Of a DNA stretch of 32,528 nt, positions 17,411-27,124 are shown in pieces. Made by a program: the position numbers and the translations under genes. Position 1 is the first letter of the stretch. Every line of letters begins with the position of its first letter. Source of the DNA: Planctomycetota bacterium (GTDB taxonomy: Bacteria > Planctomycetota > SZUA-567 > H5-PLA8); contig JBBRPR010000085.1 of NCBI GenBank assembly GCA_038227875.1, positions 1 through 32,528 of the forward strand, read 5' to 3'. A model generated the notes under the pieces. That model was given only the letters and a program-made list of their open reading frames with translations, made no database searches and was not told the DNA's origin.

Positions 17411-18661
17411 CTACAACATTGCTCCAAATGCTTCGCAGACTTTCAGTGCGCTTTTGACTCCGTCTTCGTGAAAGCCGTATCCCCAGTACGCTCCGCAAAA
17501 ATGCGTTCGCTGCCGCGTGCCGCTGATCTCCGCATGCCGGGACTGCGCGGCGACGCTTGCCGGCGTGTACAGCGGGTGGTGATAAACGATCTTCCGGATC
17601 ACCTTGGACGATTCAATGGCCGACGGATCCGGGTTGAGCGTCACGCAGTACGTTTCCTTCGCGCTCAAAGACTGCAGGATGTTCATGTTATATGTCACAG
17701 TCGTGCGCTCCGCGAACTGCAATGGAAGCCTGTAGTTCCAACTCGCCCATGCCCGCCTGCGTGTGGGCAGGCAGCGGGTGTCCGTATGCAGGATGGCATT
17801 GTTCTCCTGATACCCAATCGCGCCGAGTATATTCCGCTCTTCCCCGCGGCAATCCGCCAGGAGGCGCACACTTTGATCGCTGTGTGTGGCCAGAATGACC
17901 TGCTCGAACGATTCTGCAGGTCCCGATAGAGGCTGAATTTTCACGTGTTCGGCCGAGCGCGAAATCGAGCGAACCGGTGTGCTGAGCCGGATGCGTGTAC
18001 GAAATGGCTCGATCAGCTTCTTCACATACATGCACGACCCGCCCGTGATGACGCGCCACTTCGGACGGTTGCGTAGATCGAGAAAGCCGTGGTTCTCAAA
18101 GAACTGCAACAGATACCGCGCGGGAAACTCGCGGATGCGGCGCAAATCGGTCGTCCAGACCGCGCTGGCCAGCGGCAACAGGTGCTGCTCGATGAATTGC
18201 CGCGAATACCGTCCGGTGTCGAGGTATTCCCCCAGCGGCAATTCACCACCGCCGCGTGCGAGCAGCGCCTTGCCCTCGCGGTAAAAGCGCAGGATGTCTG
18301 CGACCATGCGATAGAACGATGGACGGAGCAGGTTGCGGCGCTGGACAAACAGTTTGTTCAGCGAGGTCCCATTGTATTCCAGCCCGGTTCGATCACAGCG
18401 CACGCTGAAGCTCATTTCCGTCGGCTGTGTCGCGATGTTCAACCCATTGATCAGCCGGACGAAGTTCGGGTAGTTTTTCTCGTTGTAGACGATGAATCCA
18501 GTGTCGATGTTCAACGGCCCGTCCGCGCTTTCGACGCAGACCGTGTTTGTGTGTCCGCCGACATAATCGTTGGCCTCGAATACGACGATCTCGTGCTCGC
18601 GGTGGAGCAGGTGCGCGCAGACCAGGCCGGAGATGCCGGAGCCGATGATGGCGATCTTCAT
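17411..18661 (-). CDS. FAD-dependent oxidoreductase (amine-oxidase-like, UfaD/Rv0449c-like)
   Basis: 'MKIAIIGSGISGL' (GxGxxG), 'GGHTNT', 'DTGFIVYN..NYPNF', 'ATHSDQ', 'AWASWNY' and 'GAYWGYGFHEDG'. Confidence 0.92.
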   Translation of the reverse strand: MKIAIIGSGISGLVCAHLLHREHEIVVFEANDYVGGHTNTVCVESADGPLNIDTGFIVYNEKNYPNFVRLINGLNIATQPTEMSFSVRCDRTGLEYNGTSLNKLFVQRRNLLRPSFYRMVADILRFYREGKALLARGGGELPLGEYLDTGRYSRQFIEQHLLPLASAVWTTDLRRIREFPARYLLQFFENHGFLDLRNRPKWRVITGGSCMYVKKLIEPFRTRIRLSTPVRSISRSAEHVKIQPLSGPAESFEQVILATHSDQSVRLLADCRGEERNILGAIGYQENNAILHTDTRCLPTRRRAWASWNYRLPLQFAERTTVTYNMNILQSLSAKETYCVTLNPDPSAIESSKVIRKIVYHHPLYTPASVAAQSRHAEISGTRQRTHFCGAYWGYGFHEDGVKSALKVCEAFGAML

Positions 18662-18667
18662 GTATTC

Positions 18668-19396
18668 CTAAACTTTTGGCGTGAATTGCGCCAACTCGTA
18701 GATCCCCAATTTTTTCTCGATCGCGGTCACCTTTTCGACGTTCATTTCGAATCCTTCATTCCCGAACAACTGATTTTCTTTCTTCTCAAAATCGGCGCCC
18801 AGCGAATCGTATTCATTTTTGCTGACGAGCGCCCTGAAGGCTGGGAAGAGGATCGTGTCTTCGCGCGCTTCATGTGGGTTGTACATGCGAATAAAAAGGT
18901 TCAGCGACTCAGACAATTTTCTTCGATCGTCGGCGTTTTTCATGGCGTTGGCGTTGGCGTTGGCCAATTGAAGTGTTGTGTCGGTGAGTTTTCGGCCGGC
19001 CTGGTGCTGCGCAAAAAGCACGTCAACCAGATCGACCAGCTTGTTGGCCTTGCGAAATCGCGGGAACAGGAAATCCTGTTCCAGTTTCTCGTGGTAGTCC
19101 TCCACAAATTCTCTGATGAGCTTTGCCGAATCCGCGATGGCTTCGGGTGGCAGGTCTTCCTTGGCGTCGAGCCGGCGGGTTCCTTCACCGTAAATGAGCA
19201 GGATGCGTTTCAACACGCCATGTTCACGCATCAGATCTTCAGCGGGACTAACGTCTTCATCGTCCTTTTTCGCATCTTTTCCGCCGGCGTCTTCCGCTTG
19301 CGCCCGAGCTACAAACAACGCTCCCGCTCCAAGTACACTTGCGCCGATGGCCGCCATACCCGTCAGAAATGTTCGTCGGTCTTCTTGGTTGTTCAT
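18668..19396 (-). CDS. Tat-exported hemerythrin (HHE cation-binding) domain protein
   Basis: Tat motif 'DRRTFL' plus hydrophobic core and 'AQA' cleavage site. Ligand motifs 'MREHGVL', 'YHEKLE', 'QHQAGR' and 'HEARED'. AAGGAG RBS precedes ATG 19396. Confidence 0.88.
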   Translation of the reverse strand: MNNQEDRRTFLTGMAAIGASVLGAGALFVARAQAEDAGGKDAKKDDEDVSPAEDLMREHGVLKRILLIYGEGTRRLDAKEDLPPEAIADSAKLIREFVEDYHEKLEQDFLFPRFRKANKLVDLVDVLFAQHQAGRKLTDTTLQLANANANAMKNADDRRKLSESLNLFIRMYNPHEAREDTILFPAFRALVSKNEYDSLGADFEKKENQLFGNEGFEMNVEKVTAIEKKLGIYELAQFTPKV

Positions 19397-19651
19397 ATGA
19401 TTCTCCTTTGATTTTGAGTAAATAGCCTGAACCATGTGCGCATGTGGCGTGCCAGCTCCTCCAATCACTTCGATATATTGCAGTCATATTGATTTCTGGC
19501 CAGCAACCTGCCTTGGCCCGGCAAGCTTTGGTTTGAATGATCTAGATACCGCATTCCATATTCTTAACCGCGAACCGCCCACTTGCCCCAAGCCATGTCG
19601 CTATTAGACTGTTGTTTTCGCGTGACGCGCTTGTCCCTCCAGGAGCTACCC

Positions 19652-21577
19652 GTGAAGCTTTCACGTCATATCTACGTCATTATCGCCATTTTCATACTTC
19701 CGCTGGCCGGGCTCTCCACCTACTTCGTCCTCAACGGCGTCAACAAGGACATCGACTTTGCTGCCTTGGAGAAGGTCGGTAACGAGTACCAGCGACCGCT
19801 GGAAAAACTGCTCGATGATCTGACGCAGCATCAATTGCTGGCGCAACGCATGTTGACGGACAAGTCGGTCTCTCCCGCGGACGTGGCAGCTGCCGGCGCG
19901 AAAGTTGGGCAAGATATAGACAGTGTCGCCGCGGTCGACGCAAAGCAGGGCGTGGAACTCCAGTTCACCCCCGCGGCCCTTGCCAAGCGCCATCGCGAGA
20001 AGGCAAACGTTTCCCAGTTGCGCCAAGATTGGCAAGCGCTGTCGGGAGCGCAGGAAAAGTTATCGGTGCAGGAATCAAATACCAAGCACGACGATTTGAT
20101 CGAAATAACCGTGATCAAGATGATTGCCCATGCCGGTGACAAGTCGAACTTGATTCTCGATCCGGATCTGGACAGCTATTATCTGATGGACATGACCCTC
20201 AACCGTCTCCCAGTCACGCAAGATAGAATTCGAAAATCAATGTCGGCCGCGATTGAGGCGCTGTCACGCAAGGAATTCACAACCACGGATACGCGAACAT
20301 TCGATTCGTATTCCGCAACGTTTCAGGAAGTGGATCGCGACAACATCCTGGGCGACATGAATACGGCTTTTGAAGAAGATGAAAATTTCAGCGGTGTCAG
20401 TCCAACCCTGCAGCCCAGCTTGAAGCCGAAAGTCGAGGCGTATGTCGCTGCGCTCGATGCCTACCTGGCGGCTCTGCAAAAAGCCGCCAATGATCCCGGG
20501 GCTCGCGATCCCAAAGCCATCCTGCAAGCCGGTGCGCAGGCCCAACGCGCCAGTTTTGATCTTTTTGACACCGCCGTTCGTGAACTCGATGAACTGCTGA
20601 AGCTGCGCATCCAGGACAAGCGGCACGAACGACTGGTTGCGATCTTGATCGCGCTGGCTACGTTGCTCGTCGCCTGCATTATCTCCTACTTTGTGATTCA
20701 ACGGCTCACCCAGGCGGTGGCAGGATTGGTGCGGCAGATTCAAACCTCCGGCACCCAGGTGTCGTCGTCGTCGAACGAGATTGCGTCTTCGACAAAGCAA
20801 CTGGAAGCGGCCGTGACGGAACAGGCCGCGTCGACCAACGAAGTCGTGGCCACCACCAAAGAGATCTCGGCGACGTCGCAATCCCTCGTTCAGACCATGA
20901 GCGACGTGGGCAAGGTCGCCCAGGAAACGGCAGGACTGGCCGGCGCCGCGCAAGGCGACCTCGACAGCATGGCCGCGACGATGCGTCAGTTGATCACCTC
21001 CACAGGTTCCATTTCCACCAAGCTCGCAGCTATCAGCAACAAAACCAATAATATTGGCAAGATCGTGATCGCGATCACCAAGGTCGCCGACCAGACCAAC
21101 CTGCTATCGCTGAACGCTTCGATCGAGGCGGAGAAAGCAGGTGAACACGGACTGGGATTCGCCGTGGTCGCTCGCGAAATCCGGCGGCTGGCGGATCAAA
21201 CCGCCGTAGCGACACTGGACATTGAGCGCATGGTGAAAGAGATGCAATCGGCTGTCGCCAACGGCGTGATGGAGATGGACAAGTTTACCCACGACGTCGG
21301 CCAGGGGGTCGACGAGAGCAGTCAAATCGGCACACAGCTTTCCAAGATCATGGAGCGCGTTCAGGAACTGGCGCCGCGCTTTGAAACCGTCAGCGAAGGC
21401 ATGCAGGCGCAATCTCAAGGCGCCCAGCAGATCACCACGGCGATGATACAGCTCAGCGAAGCCGCGCGGCAGACCATGGACTCGTTGCGGCAATCGAACT
21501 CAGCCATCGTTGAATTGAACTCGGCAGCCCACGGTCTGCACAGCGAGGTTTCACGCTTCAAATCGTCGGTGGAATAG
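19652..21577 (+). CDS. Methyl-accepting chemotaxis protein (WspA position)
   Basis: Two TM helices flank a ~320-aa helical sensor containing 'NLILDPDLDSYYLMD'. Signalling hairpin 'KVADQTNLLSLNASIEAEKAGEHGLGFAVVAREIRRLADQT'. GTG 19652 follows AGGAG. Confidence 0.93.
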   Translation: MKLSRHIYVIIAIFILPLAGLSTYFVLNGVNKDIDFAALEKVGNEYQRPLEKLLDDLTQHQLLAQRMLTDKSVSPADVAAAGAKVGQDIDSVAAVDAKQGVELQFTPAALAKRHREKANVSQLRQDWQALSGAQEKLSVQESNTKHDDLIEITVIKMIAHAGDKSNLILDPDLDSYYLMDMTLNRLPVTQDRIRKSMSAAIEALSRKEFTTTDTRTFDSYSATFQEVDRDNILGDMNTAFEEDENFSGVSPTLQPSLKPKVEAYVAALDAYLAALQKAANDPGARDPKAILQAGAQAQRASFDLFDTAVRELDELLKLRIQDKRHERLVAILIALATLLVACIISYFVIQRLTQAVAGLVRQIQTSGTQVSSSSNEIASSTKQLEAAVTEQAASTNEVVATTKEISATSQSLVQTMSDVGKVAQETAGLAGAAQGDLDSMAATMRQLITSTGSISTKLAAISNKTNNIGKIVIAITKVADQTNLLSLNASIEAEKAGEHGLGFAVVAREIRRLADQTAVATLDIERMVKEMQSAVANGVMEMDKFTHDVGQGVDESSQIGTQLSKIMERVQELAPRFETVSEGMQAQSQGAQQITTAMIQLSEAARQTMDSLRQSNSAIVELNSAAHGLHSEVSRFKSSVE

Positions 21578-21653
21578 AAGTGGCAATGGGTGGGCCGACT
21601 GATAGAAACGGTCGGAGTGCCCCACGTGCACTTTTGAGCTGGAATCGATCGCC

Positions 21654-22913
21654 ATGTCGCTGGAAGAAAAGGTGATGAGCCTGCTGCATGAGAAGATCGG
21701 ATTCAATCCTGAATCCATCGGCTCGGCCAAAGTGCTCTCGTCCATTCGCGAATCGCTCAGCAAAAAACGGATCGGCAATCCCGAAGAATTCCTGCGGGGA
21801 ATGCGCACCGGCAACGCCGACTTTCACGAAATTGTCAATGCGGTCGTCATTCCCGAGACCTGGTTCTTCCGCGACGGCGCTCCGTTTGAGTATTTGAAAC
21901 AGCACGTCCTGACGCACGGTCTGCGGCCACTGGCCGGCGTGCTGCGCTGTTTGAGTGTGCCGTGCTCGACCGGCGAGGAACCCTACTCCATTGCGATGGC
22001 GCTGTTTGACGCGGGATTGACGCAACACCAGTTCTCGATCGATGCGGTGGATGTCAGTTCCAGATCCCTGGAACGTGCTGCCGCCGGTCAATACAACGCC
22101 TACTCCTTTCGTGGGGAAGACCTGACGTTTCGCGATCGTTACTTCGAGCACCAAAAAACCGGCTACCATCTGAAACCGAAAGTCCGCTCGGCCGTGCGCT
22201 TCTCGCGCGAGAATCTGCTGGATCCGGCCTTCATTCACGGCCGCGAACGGTACGACATCATCTTCTGCCGCAATCTGCTGATCTACTTCGATGAGCCCAC
22301 GTGGGCTTTAGCCACAGTGGCGCTGCATAAATTATTGAAAGACTCAGGCCTTTTGTTCATGGGCCACGCGGAGCTTCTGGATCTACGTTCGAAAGCGTTC
22401 GAATCGATTCGCGTACCCTTGACGTTTGCCTACCGGAAACGAATTGAGAAGCCCGCGGAAGCTCCTGCAGTCCGCCGCTCGGAACCCCAGAAGTCTGTCA
22501 AGGCAGCGCCGAAAAAGCCGGAGCCCCTGAAGCGCGAGAAACGGAAGACGAATTTGAAAATCGCGACCGCGAACGGGGCCGCGTCGCTTGAAAAACTGCT
22601 GGATGAGGCCGCGCAACTGGCCGATCAGGAGCAGTTCGCGCGGGCCAGCGAAATCTGTAAGCGCTGCCTGGCGATGAATCCGGGCAGCGCGCGTTCCTAC
22701 TTTCAGCTGGGACTCATCGCCGAAGTGCAGGGCAAGACCGCCGAAGCCGAAGAGCACTACCGACGTGCGCTGTATCTCGACAGCCAGCACCACGAAACCC
22801 TCGTTCATCTGTCTTTGTTGCTGGAAGGTCGTGGCGATCCGGCCAGCGTGGCGCTGCGCAAACGCGCCAGCAACATAACTACTGCCACCCACAGCAGCCG
22901 GCGGCCAACATGA
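21654..22913 (+). CDS. cheR: CheR methyltransferase with C-terminal TPR (WspC-like)
   Basis: 'IPETWFFRD', 'SVPCSTGEEPYSIAM', 'YDIIFCRNLLIYFD' and TPR 'AEEHYRRALYLDSQHHETLVHL'. Confidence 0.93.
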   Translation: MSLEEKVMSLLHEKIGFNPESIGSAKVLSSIRESLSKKRIGNPEEFLRGMRTGNADFHEIVNAVVIPETWFFRDGAPFEYLKQHVLTHGLRPLAGVLRCLSVPCSTGEEPYSIAMALFDAGLTQHQFSIDAVDVSSRSLERAAAGQYNAYSFRGEDLTFRDRYFEHQKTGYHLKPKVRSAVRFSRENLLDPAFIHGRERYDIIFCRNLLIYFDEPTWALATVALHKLLKDSGLLFMGHAELLDLRSKAFESIRVPLTFAYRKRIEKPAEAPAVRRSEPQKSVKAAPKKPEPLKREKRKTNLKIATANGAASLEKLLDEAAQLADQEQFARASEICKRCLAMNPGSARSYFQLGLIAEVQGKTAEAEEHYRRALYLDSQHHETLVHLSLLLEGRGDPASVALRKRASNITTATHSSRRPT

Positions 22914-22934
22914 ACACTGAACTGATGCGAGACC

Positions 22935-23636
22935 ATGGACACGATTGAAAACATCTCCAGTTCGGATGCTGCTGCGGACGGCGACACCACCGAGCCGTGC
23001 TGGAGCCGCATCGGCATTGATGGCGATGGTTCGTGCCCAGAATTGAAAACCGCCGTGCATTGCTGCAATTGTCACGTCTTTACCGATGCGGCGCGTGGAC
23101 TGTTCGACCGTCCGATTATGGAGGATTACCGCGAAGAATGGACATCGCGGCTGCTGGCGGAAGCGGAAGTACAGAAGCGCTCCACCCATTCGGTGCTCAT
23201 TTTTTCACTGCAGTCGGAATTCATGGCGCTTCCCACCACCGTTTTCAGCGAAGTGACCGACATTCGCGCCATTCATAGAATTCCCGGCGCGCCCGGCAAA
23301 TTGCTGCTGGGGCTGGTCAACATTCACGGCGAGTTGCACCTGTGTGCCTCGTTGAGCGCGTTGCTGGGCATCGAGTCGGTGGAGAGCGCCACGGTTCCGG
23401 CCGCCGGCAAGGGTCGCATGCTGCTGATGCAGCGCGGAGGCGAGGCCTGGGTTTTTCCCGTCGACGAAGTTCATGACGTCTACCGCTACAACGACGAGAG
23501 CCTGCAACCGCTCCCGGCCACGGTGGAGCGCTCACCGCTGCGCTTTTCGGCAGGCACGCTGGATTGGCAGGGCAAGACCGTCGGCAGGCTCGACGAGACG
23601 GCCGTCTTCGACGCCTTGAAAGGAAGTATGACGTGA
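22935..23636 (+). CDS. cheW: CheW-like scaffold with Cys-rich N-terminus (WspD-like)
   Basis: 'CWSRIGIDGDGSCPEL..HCCNC' is the WspD-type N-terminal motif. CheW core 'IHRIPG..LLGLVNIHGEL..VFPVDEV'. Confidence 0.9.
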   Translation: MDTIENISSSDAAADGDTTEPCWSRIGIDGDGSCPELKTAVHCCNCHVFTDAARGLFDRPIMEDYREEWTSRLLAEAEVQKRSTHSVLIFSLQSEFMALPTTVFSEVTDIRAIHRIPGAPGKLLLGLVNIHGELHLCASLSALLGIESVESATVPAAGKGRMLLMQRGGEAWVFPVDEVHDVYRYNDESLQPLPATVERSPLRFSAGTLDWQGKTVGRLDETAVFDALKGSMT

Positions 23637-26068
23637 GCGGCGGACAGGACTACAGCAACGCGTCCATGCTGGAGCTGTTTCGCATGGAGGTGGAGATCCA
23701 TTCCTCCGTGCTCAGCGACGGCCTGGTGGCGCTGGCCAATGGCACGGCGGGTACGGACGTGCTGACCGGCGCCTTGCGTGCTGCGCATTCCATCAAGGGC
23801 GCCGCGCGCATCGTCGGCCTGCAGAAGGCCGTGGAGATCGCGCACGCGATGGAGGACTGCTTCATCGCGGCGCAGCAGAAGCGGATTGTGCTTCAACCCG
23901 ATCACGTGGACGTGCTGCTGAAAGGCACGGATTACTTGATGCACGCCGGCGACCAGCCGGCCAGCCCGGGCCAGGATCAGCACGCGGTAATTCTGGCCGG
24001 GTTGAAAAACATGATGCCGGGAGCCGCTCCGACCGCTGCTGGTTCAACACCGTCAGGTCCCGCCGCATCAGCATCCTTGCCGCTGCCAGCCGTCCTGTCG
24101 GCCGCGCCAGCGCAGCCCGTCCAAGCGGTTGTCGCCGTCAAAGCGACCAGTGGGGGAACCATGCCGGCGGTTCGCGGAAGCGGATCCGCGCCGGCCGTAA
24201 GCGTGCCCCCGCGCGCCAAAAAATCTGAAGCACAGCTGCGACGCACGGAAATATCCGCACGAATTTCACAATCGACGCGCGCCGTTGTCTCCGAAAGCGC
24301 CAACGCTCCAGTCTCAGAAGGCGGGCGCGCAGTCCGCGTCAGTGCCGCCAGCTTAAGTCGCCTGATGGGCCTGACCGGCGAGGCGCTCGTCGACGGTGGA
24401 TGGCTGAACCAATTTGAACGTTCGCTGCGGAATCTGCAGATCGAGCACCAACACGTGGCCGAGACACTCGAGCGCCTGCAGCATCAACTCGGACAGACGG
24501 CGTCCCAGTCGCCCGCCATCACGGGGCTGCTCCACGAACTCATCCATCAGAACAGCGAGTACCAGCAGCATCTGGCCGAGCGCGTCCATGCCTTTGAAGT
24601 GTTCTCACTGCGCTCCGACAACCTGTTGCACCGGCTCTACCGCGAAGTCATCGCCAGCCGCATGCGTCCGTTCGGCGACGGCGTGCAGTCCTTTCCGCGC
24701 ATGGTCCACGACATCGCCCGCAGTCTGGATAAGAAAGTCCGTTTCCAGGTGTCGGGCCGAGAGACCGAAGTCGACCGCGATATTCTGGAGAAACTCGAAG
24801 CTCCGCTCAACCACCTCCTGCGCAACGCCGTGGACCACGGCATGGAATCTCCCGCCGACCGCGTCGCAGCGGGAAAGGACGAGCAGGGAAAGATCGTGCT
24901 CCAGGCCATGCATAAGGGCGGCGTGCTGCTGGTCTCCGTTTCGGATGACGGCCGCGGGATCGACGTCGAAAAGGTGCGGCAAAAAATCATCGAACGCAAA
25001 TTGTCGACCGCAGAGATTGCCGCGAAGCTGACGGAGCCGGAAGTGCTCGAATTTCTGTTCCTTCCCGGCTTTTCCACCGCGGAGAAGGTGACCGAAATTT
25101 CCGGCCGCGGCATCGGGCTCGATGTGGTTCGCACCATGATCCAGGAAGTGGGCGGCCAGATCCGCGTCTCGACGCGCCTGGGCGCGGGCTCCTCGTTTCA
25201 TCTGCAACTGCCGATCACGCTCTCGGTATTGAATGCCCTGATCGTCGAAATTGCGGGCGACCCCTATGCCTTTCCGCTCGCGCGCATCGACAAGTTGCTC
25301 AAGATCGAAAAGGAACAACTCCAATCGCTGGAGAATCGCCAGTACTTCAAGCAGGACGATACGAACATAGGCCTTGTCACCGCGCAGCAGGTACTGGGCA
25401 TTGGTGTTTCGCCGCCTCTGACCGGAGAACTGCCCGTCATCATCATCGGCGAACGTTTCGAGCGTTACGGTGTGGCTGTGGACCGCGTGCTTGGTGAGCG
25501 CAAGGTGGTCGTCCGTCCGCTGGACGCCAGACTCGGCAAGCTTCCCAACATCAGTGCCGCATCCTTGATGGAGGACGGCCGGCCGCTGCTGATCGTGGAT
25601 GTGGACGACATGATCCAATCCATCAACCGGCTCCTCAGCGGCGGCGGCCACGTCGACAAGGTCTTGTCACGAAGCGCTGCAATTCGAGAACACCGCAAGC
25701 GCGTGCTGGTCGTCGACGACTCGCTAACCGTGCGCGAAGTCGAGCGCAAGCTGCTGGCGAATCGCGGATATGAAGTGGAGGTCGCCATCGACGGCGCAGC
25801 CGGCTGGAATACGCTGAGTTCCGGGCGGTTCGACCTGGTCATCAGCGATGTCGACATGCCGCGCATGAATGGAATCGAACTGGTGAAACGCATTCGCGCC
25901 GACGCGCGCTACAAGAACCTTCCCGTGATGATCGTTTCGTACAAGGACCGCGAAGAAGACCGGCTCAAGGGGCTGGACGCGGGGGCAAACTACTACTTGG
26001 CCAAGAGCAGCTTTCACGATGAAAGCCTCCTGGTCGCAGTCGTTGAATTGATCGGGGAACCGCGTTGA
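23633..26068 (+). CDS. cheA: Hybrid CheA kinase with C-terminal receiver (WspE-like)
   Basis: Hpt 'RAAHSIKGAARIVG', 'HLLRNAVDHG', 'SDDGRG', 'FLPGFST..ISGRGIGLDVV', a CheW domain and REC 'VDDS..ISDVDMP'. GTG 23633 overlaps the wspD stop (GTGA). Confidence 0.94.
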   Translation: MSGGQDYSNASMLELFRMEVEIHSSVLSDGLVALANGTAGTDVLTGALRAAHSIKGAARIVGLQKAVEIAHAMEDCFIAAQQKRIVLQPDHVDVLLKGTDYLMHAGDQPASPGQDQHAVILAGLKNMMPGAAPTAAGSTPSGPAASASLPLPAVLSAAPAQPVQAVVAVKATSGGTMPAVRGSGSAPAVSVPPRAKKSEAQLRRTEISARISQSTRAVVSESANAPVSEGGRAVRVSAASLSRLMGLTGEALVDGGWLNQFERSLRNLQIEHQHVAETLERLQHQLGQTASQSPAITGLLHELIHQNSEYQQHLAERVHAFEVFSLRSDNLLHRLYREVIASRMRPFGDGVQSFPRMVHDIARSLDKKVRFQVSGRETEVDRDILEKLEAPLNHLLRNAVDHGMESPADRVAAGKDEQGKIVLQAMHKGGVLLVSVSDDGRGIDVEKVRQKIIERKLSTAEIAAKLTEPEVLEFLFLPGFSTAEKVTEISGRGIGLDVVRTMIQEVGGQIRVSTRLGAGSSFHLQLPITLSVLNALIVEIAGDPYAFPLARIDKLLKIEKEQLQSLENRQYFKQDDTNIGLVTAQQVLGIGVSPPLTGELPVIIIGERFERYGVAVDRVLGERKVVVRPLDARLGKLPNISAASLMEDGRPLLIVDVDDMIQSINRLLSGGGHVDKVLSRSAAIREHRKRVLVVDDSLTVREVERKLLANRGYEVEVAIDGAAGWNTLSSGRFDLVISDVDMPRMNGIELVKRIRADARYKNLPVMIVSYKDREEDRLKGLDAGANYYLAKSSFHDESLLVAVVELIGEPR

Positions 26069-27099
26069 GAATTGCAATTGTAAACGATATGGCGATGGGG
26101 GTGGAGGTACTTCGTCGCGTCGTGGTCACGGTTCCGGACTATCAAATCGCCTGGATTGCGACCAACGGCGCCGAGGCCGTGAGTAAGTGCGCCGCCGACT
26201 GCCCGGACTTGATCCTGATGGACCTGCTGATGCCTGTCATGGATGGCGTCGAAGCCACGCGACGGATCATGGCCGCGACGCCCTGTGCGATCCTGATTGT
26301 GACGGCGACCGTATCGGGCAATATTTCTCAGGTATTCGACGCGATGGGCCTGGGCGCGATCGATGCCGTCTGCACTCCGGTGCTGGGGATGAATGGCGAC
26401 ATGGGCGGCGCGGAACCGCTACTGGCGAAATTCAGGATGATCCGCACCCTGTTGAAGAAGAAGTCCGCGAATACCGACGTCATTCCGCAGCGGCCCGTTA
26501 CCGCCGTCAGACGCAACTCGCCGCCGCTGGTTGCTATCGGTTCCTCAACGGGCGGACCGCAGGCTCTCGTGGAGGTATTTTCCAAACTCTCACCGGATTT
26601 TGCATCCGCGATTGTCGTCGTTCAACACGTCGACAAACTCTTTACGCCCGGCCTGGTCGATTGGCTGAACCAGTACTCGCCGCTAAAGGTTCACTTGATC
26701 GCGCCCGGAGACAGGCCTGAACCCGGCAAGGTCTGGATGGCCTACACCAACGATCATTTGGTTTTTAATTCCGATCTCTCATTCTCGTACGTTCGCGAAC
26801 CCGTGGGCAATCCCTACCGGCCCTCCGTGGACATCTTCTTCGACAGTTGCATGCAACACGTCCACGGGAGTCACACCGCGGTATTGCTGACCGGCATGGG
26901 GCGGGATGGCGCCAGCGGCCTGCTGGCCTTGCGCAAACGCAACTGGCTGACGATCGCTCAAGACAAGAATTCGTGTGTGGTCTATGGAATGCCCAAAGCG
27001 GCCGCGGAATTGCAGGCGGCTTCGGAGATACTTTCGGTCAAGGACATCGGCCGGCGTCTGGAAGAGTTAAATCGAGCGCGGGGAGTTTCCAAATCCTGA
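26065..27099 (+). CDS. cheB: Chemotaxis methylesterase response regulator (WspF-like)
   Basis: REC 'MRIAIVND..LMDLLMP' and catalytic triad motifs 'GSSTGGP', 'QHVD', 'LTGMGRDG'. TTG start overlaps the cheA stop. Confidence 0.94.
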   Translation: MRIAIVNDMAMGVEVLRRVVVTVPDYQIAWIATNGAEAVSKCAADCPDLILMDLLMPVMDGVEATRRIMAATPCAILIVTATVSGNISQVFDAMGLGAIDAVCTPVLGMNGDMGGAEPLLAKFRMIRTLLKKKSANTDVIPQRPVTAVRRNSPPLVAIGSSTGGPQALVEVFSKLSPDFASAIVVVQHVDKLFTPGLVDWLNQYSPLKVHLIAPGDRPEPGKVWMAYTNDHLVFNSDLSFSYVREPVGNPYRPSVDIFFDSCMQHVHGSHTAVLLTGMGRDGASGLLALRKRNWLTIAQDKNSCVVYGMPKAAAELQAASEILSVKDIGRRLEELNRARGVSKS

Positions 27100-27124
27100 A
27101 GTGCCGTTTGCTGAGGAGTTAAGC

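Noticed and set aside
19397..19651. FNR box or sigmaE/ChrR-type promoter for the fatty-acid operon
   Set aside because: Only TTGAT half-sites are present, with no TGATCC..CGTA-like match.
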